DNA from: Clostridia bacterium
GTDB lineage: Bacteria > Bacillota > Clostridia > Oscillospirales > CAG-272
Length of the DNA: 64,000 nucleotides
Direction of reading: 5' to 3'
Assembly: GCA_017938425.1 (NCBI GenBank)
Contig: JAGBBQ010000033.1
Coordinates: 9,649-73,648, forward strand
In this document: piece after piece, positions 23,347-33,035 of the stretch
Position numbering within the stretch: the first letter of the stretch is position 1
How the letters are laid out: each line of letters begins with the position of its first letter
Translations under genes and position numbers: made by a program
Notes under the pieces: model-generated
Databases searched by the model: none
The model's input: the letters and a program-made list of their open reading frames with translations, nothing else
What the model was told of the DNA's origin: nothing

Positions 23347-25323
23347 TTAATTTTTCACGGTGATGCTGCTGATGACGAGGTTATCCTCGTATTTGGAGAG
23401 GATCTCGGGCTTGACGCGCTCGACGGGCTTCTTCGTGGGGATCACGAAGCGATAGTATCTGCCGTCTCCCTTATCCACAAAATCGCAGGTGAACACGGTC
23501 TCCTTACAGTAGGAGAGATCCACCGTACCCGCATCGTCGAAGGGATATTCCTTGCCCTCGGTCTTATGCATCGCGGGACCTACGTTCTCGCCCCAGATGA
23601 TATCGACCTTCTCGTCGGTTCCGTCCTTATAGTAGATATGGTAGCAACCGAGACGGAACATTCCGTCGTCCAGAAAATCGCCGCAGCCGAAGTAGCCGTG
23701 CGGGATCTCAAGGTCGGTCGTGTGCAAAATATCGATATGCGAGCCTGCAAGCGCATCTCTGAATCGGTAATCAAATACGGCGGCGGCGCAGCCCGAAAGC
23801 TCCTTGCCGCGCTTCGTATCGTCGTACGAGCGGCTCCACGCCATACGCGAGGCGTAGATCACGTCGGCGATCCTCTTGCCTCTTTGCATCTGCTTGAAGT
23901 CGGATGCGCCCCAGCTGGAGACGCAGACGCCCTTCGCACCCGAGGCGATCCTGCCGCGGAAATTCTTGAAGAGCATTCCCTCGAAGTTGCCGTATACGAG
24001 CGGCAGACCGTGATAATGGAACTCGCGCTCACCCTGCGGATAGAGCGACCAATACCAGTTCATACAGATCACGTCGCTCGGGATCTTAGAGATCGCGGGA
24101 TAGGTCTCCTCCACCTCGGCGCGAATGGCATCCTTGGGCAGAAGCGCCGCCTCGTCGAAGAGAAGATTTTTACCGTACTGCACCTTGTATTCCTTACCCT
24201 TGAATACAACGGGGATATCGCTCTCCACGTAGCGCGTTGTGTAATACGCGCCGCCGATGGGGCGGAAATCTCGCGTATGGCTGTTGATCAGCTTCTCCGA
24301 CCACATCATCGTGCGGATGCCGCGCTCGGCAAGATAATCGTGGATCTTCGTGATATCGGCGGCAAAAAGATCCGCACCGCGCTTTCCGCGGCATTTTTCG
24401 CACACGCCGTACACGTAGAATTCATCGTGACCGATGTGCATCACCTTGGGCGCAAAGACGTCGATCACCTCGTCGATGACGTCGAAGAGGATCTCGTAGG
24501 ACTTGGGATTCGAGGGACAGTAGGTATCGGGGTACGGATCCTCGGGGCGCTCGGCAAAATCGGTCCTGCCCGCCAAAAGGTAGTCCGCGTGCGAGAGCGA
24601 GGGGACCTCGGGGATCGGCTCAAGGCCGCGCGAGCGCGCGTATTCGCAGATCGCTCTTACGGTAGCCTGGGAGAGATATTCTCCGCCGCCGTTCTCGATA
24701 TGGATGGAGTTCTTGCCCCAGGGCTGCGAATGCTGAAGATTATCCGCATAATGGCTGTATTCGCTGAAGATCCTGCAATGCTCCACCCAGAAATCGTTGA
24801 TCTCGGGATGCTTCTTGTATTCCATTGCACCGCCGACCTCAAGCACCACGGCGTTATAGCCGAAATGCATAAACATATCGAGCATATAGTAGAACTCATC
24901 AAGCTTCTCCTCTGCGGGCAGATACATCTTCACCGCGCGGAAGGGCACGCAGGGCACGTTATAGATATAGCCCGTGCCGATACCGTCTCTGTAATGCGAA
25001 AGAAGCGTGCAGGCGCCGTACAGATGGCCGCGCACGTTGTTGGAATACACGGCAATAAACTGCTCGGTGACCTCCAGAAGATAGGAGTCCTCCGCCTCGG
25101 CAAGCACGGCACCGAAGGTGGCGATCACCTTTTCCCTCGCGATCGCACCAAACGGCAGAAAGCGGATCGATGCCACCGCGCCGACCTTCTCTCCGTCAAG
25201 CAGCGGCAAAAGCATTTTACGGATGACGGCATTCTGGCTTTCGATCACGGTGCCGGCATCCAAAAGCACGGGCTCTCCCGAGAGATCGACATACGTATCT
25301 TTAAAATTCGGATTGAAGTTCAT
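23347..25323 (-). CDS. GH20-like (beta-N-acetylhexosaminidase-fold) protein, paralog 1 of 3, no signal peptide
   Basis: YCPSNPKSYEILFDVIDEVIDVFAPKVMHIGHDE matches the GH20 catalytic-region pattern ending in the Asp-Glu pair. Confidence 0.7.
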   Translation of the reverse strand: MNFNPNFKDTYVDLSGEPVLLDAGTVIESQNAVIRKMLLPLLDGEKVGAVASIRFLPFGAIAREKVIATFGAVLAEAEDSYLLEVTEQFIAVYSNNVRGHLYGACTLLSHYRDGIGTGYIYNVPCVPFRAVKMYLPAEEKLDEFYYMLDMFMHFGYNAVVLEVGGAMEYKKHPEINDFWVEHCRIFSEYSHYADNLQHSQPWGKNSIHIENGGGEYLSQATVRAICEYARSRGLEPIPEVPSLSHADYLLAGRTDFAERPEDPYPDTYCPSNPKSYEILFDVIDEVIDVFAPKVMHIGHDEFYVYGVCEKCRGKRGADLFAADITKIHDYLAERGIRTMMWSEKLINSHTRDFRPIGGAYYTTRYVESDIPVVFKGKEYKVQYGKNLLFDEAALLPKDAIRAEVEETYPAISKIPSDVICMNWYWSLYPQGEREFHYHGLPLVYGNFEGMLFKNFRGRIASGAKGVCVSSWGASDFKQMQRGKRIADVIYASRMAWSRSYDDTKRGKELSGCAAAVFDYRFRDALAGSHIDILHTTDLEIPHGYFGCGDFLDDGMFRLGCYHIYYKDGTDEKVDIIWGENVGPAMHKTEGKEYPFDDAGTVDLSYCKETVFTCDFVDKGDGRYYRFVIPTKKPVERVKPEILSKYEDNLVISSITVKN

Positions 25324-25335
25324 GGCGTTTTTTCC

Positions 25336-25806
25336 TCACTTTGCATCATTTTCTGCGCGCTTGCAGGCACGGGCAAGATATGCTTTGATACGGCGTTGCT
25401 TTTTGTATTCGCCGCGGAACATAAAATAAACAAAAATGATAAGACAGACGGGGATCGGCGAAAACGCGGCGTGCACGATGCAGTAATAAACGAAATAGGC
25501 GATCATCGCGAGCCAGAGAATATGAAAATACGGCTCGGTTACGATCACGCCGTACAGGCGCGTTTTGTCGCCGACCTGCTTTGTGCGCCCCGCAAAATAC
25601 GTACCCATCAAAAATCCGTTATCCTTCGTCGGGCGGTCCATCAGCTCGCAGCGCATACGGATGATGCTCTTTTTCTTTTTGAAGTGCATATAGGGCTTCC
25701 CCTCGCCCTCGGCAAACTTAACGCCTTCATTTACCTTTTGATTGTTTTTCAGCGTTTCGAGAAGCGCATCCTCGGTGCATTCGGCCTCCATCTTTACAAA
25801 GCGCAT
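25336..25806 (-). CDS. 156-aa protein with a soluble N-domain and two C-terminal TM helices, inserted in the GH20-like array
   Basis: ILWLAMIAYFVYYCIVHAAFSPIPVCLIIFVYFMF. No family was recognised. Confidence 0.5.
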   Translation of the reverse strand: MRFVKMEAECTEDALLETLKNNQKVNEGVKFAEGEGKPYMHFKKKKSIIRMRCELMDRPTKDNGFLMGTYFAGRTKQVGDKTRLYGVIVTEPYFHILWLAMIAYFVYYCIVHAAFSPIPVCLIIFVYFMFRGEYKKQRRIKAYLARACKRAENDAK

Positions 25807-25821
25807 AGAATTCTCCTGTTT

Positions 25822-27771
25822 TTATCGGTTGCGGATAACGATGCTATCCTGCAAATATTTATCCTTATATTCATCGAAAATTTCGGTCTCCACGCGAGCA
25901 ACGGGCTTTTTCGTGGGGATCACGAAGCGGTAATAGCGGCGGCCGTCCTTATCCTCGAAGTCGCAGGTGAAGATTGGCTCACGCGTATAGGACATAAGCT
26001 TTTTGAGAGCGTTTTCTTCGGTCGCAGGACCTACGTTTTCGCCCCAGATGATATCTACAGTGTCCTCGCGTCCATCCTCATAATACAGATGAAAATATCC
26101 AAGACGAAACGCATCGTCACTCGGAAATTCACCGCATCCGAAATAATCGTGCTTGATTTCGAGATCCGTGGTGTGCAGAATATCGATATATGAGCCCTTC
26201 AAAGCATCGCGGAAACGATAGTCAAACGCAGAAGATGCCGCGTACTGTATTTCAAGATCCGGCTCCTTCTCGTTATAATCTCTGCTCCATGCCATACGGG
26301 AAGCATACACCATATCGCCGAGGCGATCGCCTCTTTGCATCTGTCTGAAATCGGATGCCCCCCAGCTTGAAACGACAAGGCCCTTTGTGCCCGCCGCCAC
26401 TCTGCCGCGGTAATTCCTGCAAAGCGTGCCACAGAAGTTTCCAAATACGTGCGTAAGGCCTTGATAATGGAAATCCATATCGCCAAGCTCATAATAGAAA
26501 TAGTACCAGTTGACGCAGATAATATCCTTGGGGATCATTCCGATGGCGGGATAGGTTTCCTCAATCGTGGTATAAGGCGTTCCCTTCGGGAGAAGCGGCA
26601 CGTCATAGGGCGAAAGCGTGTGCCCCCATTGCACCTCCAGCGGCTTTCCCTTAAAGGTGAATTTATCACCGCTCGGCGTGTATTTTCTCGTATAACGCGC
26701 ACCGCCCGCAGGATTCCACTTTTCGTCATAGCTGTTCAGCAGCATCTCCGCCCACATCATCGTGCGAATGCCGCGCTCGGCAAGATATCCGTGAATTTTC
26801 TTTATATCGTCCGCATAAAGCTCGGCAGATCTTTTCCCCTTACAGCGCGGACAAACGCCCATAACGTAGCATTCGTCATGCCCGATATGCATTACCTTGG
26901 GCTCAAATACCGAGATCACCTCATCCATCACCTCGAAGAGAAGCTCGTAGCTTTTTGGATTTGAAGGACAGTAAACGTCCGGATACGGATCCTCGGGGCG
27001 CTCGGCAAGCTCTGCTCTGCCGGCGATCAGATAATCCGCATGAGAAAGGCTCGGAACCTCGGGAATCGGCTCAAGACCGTGGGCGCGCGCATAATCGCAT
27101 ATCTCTCTTACAGTAGCTTGCGAAAGGAATTTGCCACCGCCGTTTTCGATATGTATGGAGTCCTTCCCCCACGTTTGCGACAGCTGGAGCTTACGCGCCT
27201 TGCAGCTGTATTCGGAAAGCTCCGCGCAGGACTCCACCCAGAACGCGTTGATCTCGGGATGCTTTTTATATTCCATTGCGCCGCCGATCTCCAGGATAAG
27301 CGCATTATAGCCGTAATGCATAAACATATCCAGCATATAATAGAACTCATCGAGCTTTTCCTCCGCGGGCAGATACATCTTTACAGCGCGGAGCGACATC
27401 AAGGGAACGTTATAGATATACCCCTCGCGGATGCCATCTCTGTAATGCGTCCAAACCGTAGAGGCACCGTAAAGATAGCCACGCTCGGAATTAGAATAAA
27501 CCGTTACTCTCTCGCAAGTTACCTCGACAAGATAGCTGTCCTCTTTATCCTCAAAAACATTCCCAAAGGCAATTTCAATTTTTTTCTTTTCTGCCTCACC
27601 CAAAGGAAGAAAAGAGATCGCCCGGATCGCATTCTTTTTACGCCCTTTGAAAAGAGGAGCAAGCTTTTTTTGTATTACCGCGTTTTCGTTTTCAAGAACT
27701 GTTTTATCATTAAAGTAACAGATTCTGCCGTTCAATGCGGCATAGGTATCTTTAAAATTCTCGTAAAACAT
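25822..27771 (-). CDS. GH20-like protein, paralog 2 of 3
   Basis: It aligns end to end by eye with paralogs 1 and 3. The HIGHDE motif is retained. Confidence 0.7.
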   Translation of the reverse strand: MFYENFKDTYAALNGRICYFNDKTVLENENAVIQKKLAPLFKGRKKNAIRAISFLPLGEAEKKKIEIAFGNVFEDKEDSYLVEVTCERVTVYSNSERGYLYGASTVWTHYRDGIREGYIYNVPLMSLRAVKMYLPAEEKLDEFYYMLDMFMHYGYNALILEIGGAMEYKKHPEINAFWVESCAELSEYSCKARKLQLSQTWGKDSIHIENGGGKFLSQATVREICDYARAHGLEPIPEVPSLSHADYLIAGRAELAERPEDPYPDVYCPSNPKSYELLFEVMDEVISVFEPKVMHIGHDECYVMGVCPRCKGKRSAELYADDIKKIHGYLAERGIRTMMWAEMLLNSYDEKWNPAGGARYTRKYTPSGDKFTFKGKPLEVQWGHTLSPYDVPLLPKGTPYTTIEETYPAIGMIPKDIICVNWYYFYYELGDMDFHYQGLTHVFGNFCGTLCRNYRGRVAAGTKGLVVSSWGASDFRQMQRGDRLGDMVYASRMAWSRDYNEKEPDLEIQYAASSAFDYRFRDALKGSYIDILHTTDLEIKHDYFGCGEFPSDDAFRLGYFHLYYEDGREDTVDIIWGENVGPATEENALKKLMSYTREPIFTCDFEDKDGRRYYRFVIPTKKPVARVETEIFDEYKDKYLQDSIVIRNR

Positions 27772-27799
27772 AGAGAGCCTCTTTGTAAAATCGATGGAA

Positions 27800-29779
27800 T
27801 TAATTATGAACCGTTATGCTATGTTGCAAATATTTATCCTTATATTCATCGAAAATTTCGGTCTCCACGCGGGAAAGCGGCTTCTTTGTCGGGATCACGA
27901 AGCGGTAATAGCGGCGGCCGTCCTTATCCTCGAAGTCGCAGGTGAAGATCGTCTCGCGGGAATAGGAAAGGATCTTCGGCTGTCCGTCCTCCTCAAACTC
28001 GAGCTTAGCGCCGCCCTCGGCGAGCTGCCCCGCAGGACCGACGTTCTCGCCCCAGAGGATCTCGACCTTCTCCTCGGTTCCGTCCTCATAATGCAGATGG
28101 AAATAGCCCAGACGGAACATATCGTCCATCAGGAACTGACCGCAGCCGAAATATCCATGCGGGATCTCAAGATCGGTCGTATGAAGGATATCGACGTGCG
28201 AGCCCTTCATAGATTCGCGGAAGCGGTAATCAAAGACGGAGGCGGCGGTGTACTTCAGCTCCGTGCCCTTATTCTTTTCATCGTAATCGCGGCTCCACGC
28301 CATACGGGATGCATAGACGATATCGCCGAGGCGGTTTCCTCTCTGCATCTGCTTGAAGTCGGACGCGCCCCAGCTGGATACGCCGAAGCCCTTCGCACCC
28401 GAGGCAACTCTGCCCTTCCAGTTATTAAAGCCGATGCCCGAGAAGTTACCGTACACGAGCGGAAGGCCGTTGTAATGGTAAGCCATATCACCGAGCTCGT
28501 AATAGCTGTAATACCAGTTCATACAGATGACGTCCTTCGGGATCATTGAGATCGCGGGATAGGTCTCCTCCACCGTCTGATAGAGCGTTCCCTCGGGAAG
28601 AAGCGGCACGTCATACGGATGTACGGAATGGCGCGTGAGCACCTCCAGCCTCTTTCCCTTGAAGGTGACGAATTTTCCGCTTCCCGTATAGCGCGTGGTA
28701 TAGCGCGCGCCGCCTGCGGGCGCCCAATTCTTATTATAGCTGTTGAGAAGCTTTTCCGACCACATCATCGTGCGGACACCGCGCGCGGCAAGATAATCGT
28801 GAAGCTTGGTTACGTCCTCGGCGTAGATCTCGGCGGCACGCTTGCCCTTGCATTTCTCGCAAATGCCGTAAACGTAGGTCTCGTCGTGTCCGATATGCAG
28901 GACCTTGGGCTGAAAAACCTCGATTATTTCGTCAAAAAGGTCAAAGGTGATCTCATAGGACTTGGGATTCGAGGGACAGTAGGTATCGGGATACGGATCG
29001 TTCGGACGCTCGGCAAAATCGGTTCTGCCCGCCATCAGATAATCCGCGTGAGAAAGACAGGGCTCCTCGGGGATCGGCTCAAGTCCGTGCGCACGGCAAT
29101 AGTCGCAGATCTCTCTCACAAGCTTCTGTGAAAGAACCTTACCGCCGCCGCATTCGATATGTACGGAATTCTTGCCCCAGGGCTGGGTCAGCTGCACGTC
29201 ATCGGTCTTTCCGCTGTATTCGTTAAACTCCCGGCAGACGTCGATCCAATACGCGTTGATCTCGGGATGCTTTTTGTATTCCATTGCGCCGCCGACCTCG
29301 AGGACGATGGCGTTATAGCCGTAATGCATAAACAGATCGACCATATAATAGAATTCATCCAACTTATCCTCGGCGGGCAGATACATTTTAACCGCACGGA
29401 ACTGAACGAGAGGCACGTTATAGATCAAGCCCTCCTTGATGCCATCCTTATAATGCTCCCAGAGCGTGCAGGCACCGTAAAGAAAGCCGCGCGCATAATT
29501 CGAATAAACGGTTACTCTCTCGGCGGTTACCTCAAGGAGATAGGCATCCTCTTTATCCTCGACAACATTGCCGAAGGTCTTTTCGATCCTTTCCGTTTCC
29601 GCATCCGTAAACGGCAGAAAACGAACGGAGACGATCGCATCCTTCTTTTCTCCCGTGCAAAGCGGCAAAAGCTTTTTTCTGATGACATCGTTTTCGCTTT
29701 CGATCACGGTGCGAGCGTCAAGATAGCGGATCGCGCCGTCAAGAGCGGCATAGGTATCCTTGAAATTTTCGTGTAACAT
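27800..29779 (-). CDS. GH20-like protein, paralog 3 of 3
   Basis: The start was moved to MLHENFKDTY (AGGGGGA RBS), matching the paralog 2 N-terminus MFYENFKDTY. The HIGHDE motif is retained. Confidence 0.7.
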   Translation of the reverse strand: MLHENFKDTYAALDGAIRYLDARTVIESENDVIRKKLLPLCTGEKKDAIVSVRFLPFTDAETERIEKTFGNVVEDKEDAYLLEVTAERVTVYSNYARGFLYGACTLWEHYKDGIKEGLIYNVPLVQFRAVKMYLPAEDKLDEFYYMVDLFMHYGYNAIVLEVGGAMEYKKHPEINAYWIDVCREFNEYSGKTDDVQLTQPWGKNSVHIECGGGKVLSQKLVREICDYCRAHGLEPIPEEPCLSHADYLMAGRTDFAERPNDPYPDTYCPSNPKSYEITFDLFDEIIEVFQPKVLHIGHDETYVYGICEKCKGKRAAEIYAEDVTKLHDYLAARGVRTMMWSEKLLNSYNKNWAPAGGARYTTRYTGSGKFVTFKGKRLEVLTRHSVHPYDVPLLPEGTLYQTVEETYPAISMIPKDVICMNWYYSYYELGDMAYHYNGLPLVYGNFSGIGFNNWKGRVASGAKGFGVSSWGASDFKQMQRGNRLGDIVYASRMAWSRDYDEKNKGTELKYTAASVFDYRFRESMKGSHVDILHTTDLEIPHGYFGCGQFLMDDMFRLGYFHLHYEDGTEEKVEILWGENVGPAGQLAEGGAKLEFEEDGQPKILSYSRETIFTCDFEDKDGRRYYRFVIPTKKPLSRVETEIFDEYKDKYLQHSITVHN

Positions 29780-29805
29780 AGCAAAAATCCCCCTATTTGC
29801 CAATA

Positions 29806-32211
29806 TTATTGCTTGAATTCAATGACGGTAACGCCGGCATCGCCCTCGCCCCATTCACCGTGGCGATAGGTTTTGATGCGGCGGTCGGTCTTGAAATATC
29901 TCCAAAGGGCGGCGCGAAGCGCACCCGTACCCTTTCCGTGGATAATACGAACCGTGGGAATATTGGCCAAAACGGCATCGTCAAGATACTTATCAATGAC
30001 GAACCACGCATCCTCGCCGATCATACCGCGGACGTCGATCTCGGGGCGGAAGGTGGAAACAATCGATTTCTTCACCTTGCCCTCGCTCGGCTTCTTCGGT
30101 GCTTCGGCCTTTTTACGGAAGGCCTGCTTGCCGTCCATCAGCCGCAGCCCCTTCTCGTCCACCTTGGTCTTCAAGATGCCCGCGGTGACCGCGTACATTC
30201 CGTGCTTATCCGCAAGCGCGGTGACCACGCCCTCCTTGCCGAGGCTGACGAGGTAGACCTTATCGCCGACAGCCAAGGGGCGCGGAAGATGATAATCCTC
30301 CTCGAGAGAAACCTCGCTGATCGCAAGCCCCTCGAAGAGAGACTCCGTTTGTCTTAAGTGCGAGCGGATCTCCTCCTTCGCGCTTTGCATCATACGGTTA
30401 CGCGCTTCCTTATCCTCCTGCTTCTTGAGATCTTCAAGCTGCCGGAAGATAAATTCGCTGGACGCGCGTGCGCTATCCAAAATCTGCCTCGCTTTAAGTG
30501 CTTGCTTTTCGACTTCATCCTCGGTTTTTTTCACCTTAGCGTTCAGTTCTCGCTCCGCGTGCTCCTTGAAGGACTCATACTCGGTGCGAAGCCTTTCGTG
30601 CTCGGCCTTTGCCCTTTCCATTTCCGCACGCTCTCTGTCAAGGCGGGAGATGACCTCCTCAAACTGCTTATCCTCTCTTTCGATCAGCCTGCCCGCGCGC
30701 TCGATGATCGAGGGATCGAGACCGAGCTTTTCGGAGATGGCAAAGGCGTTGGATTTGCCCGGCGTACCGACGATCAGACGGTAGGTGGGACGAAGCGTAT
30801 CAAGGTCAAATTCGCAGGAGGCGTTCTGCACTCTTTCGGTCTCAAGCGCGTACGCCTTCAGCTCCGCATAGTGCGTGGTGGCGGCGGTCACCGCACCGAC
30901 GGCCTTCGTATTTTCCAGAATGGCGACCGCGAGCGCGGCGCCCTCGATCGGGTCCGTGCCCGAGCCAAGCTCATCAAACAGCACGAGCGAATCGGCGGTT
31001 GCCTGCCCGAGGATATCCACGATATTCACCATATGAGAGGAGAAGGTGGAAAGAGATGCCTCAATGCTCTGCTCGTCTCCGATATCCACCAGCACCTTAT
31101 CAAAGATGCCGATGCGCGAATTATCCAGCGCGGGGATCTGCAGACCCGCCTGCGCCATCACGGTGAGAAGACCGAGCGTTTTCAGAGTCACGGTCTTACC
31201 GCCGGTGTTCGGGCCCGTAATAATGAGACTGTCATGATGCTCACCGACGGCAACGTCGATCGGCACGACCGTCTTGCGGTCAAGCAGGGGATGGCGCGCG
31301 CGGTGAAGCTCGATCTTTCTTCCCTCCTCGATATGAGGGCGCTCCGCCTTCATTTCGATCGCAAGGCTCGCGCAGGCAAAGATGAAGGAAAGCTCGACGA
31401 TATTATGATAATTCAGAGAGATGAGCGAGCAGCACTCACCCGCGGCGGCAGAGAGCGCGGCGAGAATACGGTCGATCTCGTTTCTCTCGGCGGCGGCAAG
31501 GCTCTTCAGCTCGTTATTGGCATCCACGACCGCCATCGGCTCGACGAAGAGCGTAGCGCCCGAGGACGAGGTATCGTGCACGAGGCCCTTGATCTCGTTG
31601 CGGTATTCGGCCTTGACGGGCACAACGTAACGCCCGTTTCGCATCGTGACGATATTTTCCTGCAGATACTTCAAGCGGTTGCCGCCAACGTAGCTCTGCA
31701 GGGTATCCTGGATCTTATTGTTTGCCACGCGGATCTTACGGCGGATATCCGCAAGGGCGGGGCTCGCCTCGTCTGCGATCATATCCTCGGAGAGGATCGC
31801 GGTGCGGATCTTATCCTCCAGGGATCGGCTCGGCATCAGACGGGCAAAAAGCTCGTCGATCGAGGTCTCGAAGGGCTTATCCGTATGGATATAATCAAGA
31901 AGCGCGCGTGTGCTCGTCAGAAGCGAAGCGACGGAAAGCAGCTCCTTGGGAGAAAGGACCGCTCCCTTATAGGCGCGCTCGGCGGCGGAAACGACGCTCT
32001 CGTCCGCCGAAAAGGAGGGATAGCCCTTGTGATTTATCAGACGCTTAGCGTCCTCCGTGCGCCCCTGGCGCATACGCACGGTATATATATCCTCGCTCGG
32101 AAGCAGCGCAAGCGCTCTTCCCTTCGCACCCGCGACGGCGGCATGCTCGGCGAGCATTTCCGTGATCTTATCAAACTCCAGCGTGCGAAGCATTTTGGAG
32201 GAAAACGGCAT
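29806..32211 (-). CDS. mutS2: Endonuclease MutS2 (MutS domain plus C-terminal Smr)
   Basis: 801 aa with ITGPNTGGKTV, DELGSGTDP and a C-terminal Smr domain (IDVRGM...IIHGKGTGALR). Confidence 0.9.
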   Translation of the reverse strand: MPFSSKMLRTLEFDKITEMLAEHAAVAGAKGRALALLPSEDIYTVRMRQGRTEDAKRLINHKGYPSFSADESVVSAAERAYKGAVLSPKELLSVASLLTSTRALLDYIHTDKPFETSIDELFARLMPSRSLEDKIRTAILSEDMIADEASPALADIRRKIRVANNKIQDTLQSYVGGNRLKYLQENIVTMRNGRYVVPVKAEYRNEIKGLVHDTSSSGATLFVEPMAVVDANNELKSLAAAERNEIDRILAALSAAAGECCSLISLNYHNIVELSFIFACASLAIEMKAERPHIEEGRKIELHRARHPLLDRKTVVPIDVAVGEHHDSLIITGPNTGGKTVTLKTLGLLTVMAQAGLQIPALDNSRIGIFDKVLVDIGDEQSIEASLSTFSSHMVNIVDILGQATADSLVLFDELGSGTDPIEGAALAVAILENTKAVGAVTAATTHYAELKAYALETERVQNASCEFDLDTLRPTYRLIVGTPGKSNAFAISEKLGLDPSIIERAGRLIEREDKQFEEVISRLDRERAEMERAKAEHERLRTEYESFKEHAERELNAKVKKTEDEVEKQALKARQILDSARASSEFIFRQLEDLKKQEDKEARNRMMQSAKEEIRSHLRQTESLFEGLAISEVSLEEDYHLPRPLAVGDKVYLVSLGKEGVVTALADKHGMYAVTAGILKTKVDEKGLRLMDGKQAFRKKAEAPKKPSEGKVKKSIVSTFRPEIDVRGMIGEDAWFVIDKYLDDAVLANIPTVRIIHGKGTGALRAALWRYFKTDRRIKTYRHGEWGEGDAGVTVIEFKQ

Positions 32212-32252
32212 AGTTCTTTCCTTTCATTCGGCCATAGTGACCGATCGGTACT

Positions 32253-33035
32253 TTATTTCGGCTCGACCTCTTTATAGAAATCAAGCGTTTTGAAGCTGCG
32301 CTCCAAGTGATTTAACAGATAATGCTCGGCGGCGGCACAGAAGAAATGCATATCCTCGTCGGTAATGCGGAAGGCGTAGATACGCTCCAAGGGACTGTAT
32401 ATCGTATAGCCGACCGCGATCTTCGCCCCCTCGGGCAGGATGCAGAGAAGATGCCTCTCGTGCCCATCGTCCTCTCTCGGATCGAACGCCATCTCCCCCT
32501 CGGCGCGGCAATCGGCACAGATGAGGCTGCCGTCCATCACGTCGAGATAAAAATCGCCGTCCTTTTTTTCACATTCGCGGCACGCCAGCACGTCCGGTGA
32601 AAAGCCGAGGATGGCGGCGGCGCGAAGCTCGAATACCGCCTTGATCTTGCGCAGCGGGATCTCTCCCTTGGCAATGGCATAAAGCGAATTCAAAGAGAGG
32701 CGAAGCAACGCCTTGTCCGCCTCCGAGACCGTAACGTCCGAGAGGATCTCGCAAAGATAGGAAGCGAGAGCCAAGCCCTCGAGGCGCTTGCGGATATCAA
32801 AGAAGCTTTCGAGAAGCTCGGCCTCCTTGATCCAATAATAATCGTTTTTCTGATATAAAACGTAGCGGCCGTAGCAAAACTGCAGCGTTGCCGACATCTG
32901 GCGGCTCTTGATCGAGCGCGCGCCCTTTGCGATGGCGGTGATCACACCTGTCTCCTCCGAGAAGATCGTGACGAGCCTGTCCGACTCCTTGATATCGGCG
33001 GTGCGGATGATCAGCCCCGTAACTGTCGTAAGCAT
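32253..33035 (-). CDS. recO: DNA repair protein RecO
   Basis: OB N-domain plus zinc motifs CRECEKK...CADC. It follows era as in Bacillus/Clostridia. Confidence 0.85.
   Translation of the reverse strand: MLTTVTGLIIRTADIKESDRLVTIFSEETGVITAIAKGARSIKSRQMSATLQFCYGRYVLYQKNDYYWIKEAELLESFFDIRKRLEGLALASYLCEILSDVTVSEADKALLRLSLNSLYAIAKGEIPLRKIKAVFELRAAAILGFSPDVLACRECEKKDGDFYLDVMDGSLICADCRAEGEMAFDPREDDGHERHLLCILPEGAKIAVGYTIYSPLERIYAFRITDEDMHFFCAAAEHYLLNHLERSFKTLDFYKEVEPK

Noticed and set aside
23284-29776. Long plus-strand ORFs (969, 301, 251, 205, 171, 170 aa) opposite the GH20-like genes
   Set aside because: They are antisense shadows of the three paralogs. They repeat among themselves only because the sense genes are paralogous. 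They are Arg/Leu/His/Gly-rich with no motifs.
23347-29779. The three near-repeat genes as an assembly or collapse artefact, or as a repeat-type mobile element
   Set aside because: The copies are substantially diverged at both protein and DNA level, and each keeps an intact frame with its own RBS. These are genuine paralogs, not duplicated reads.
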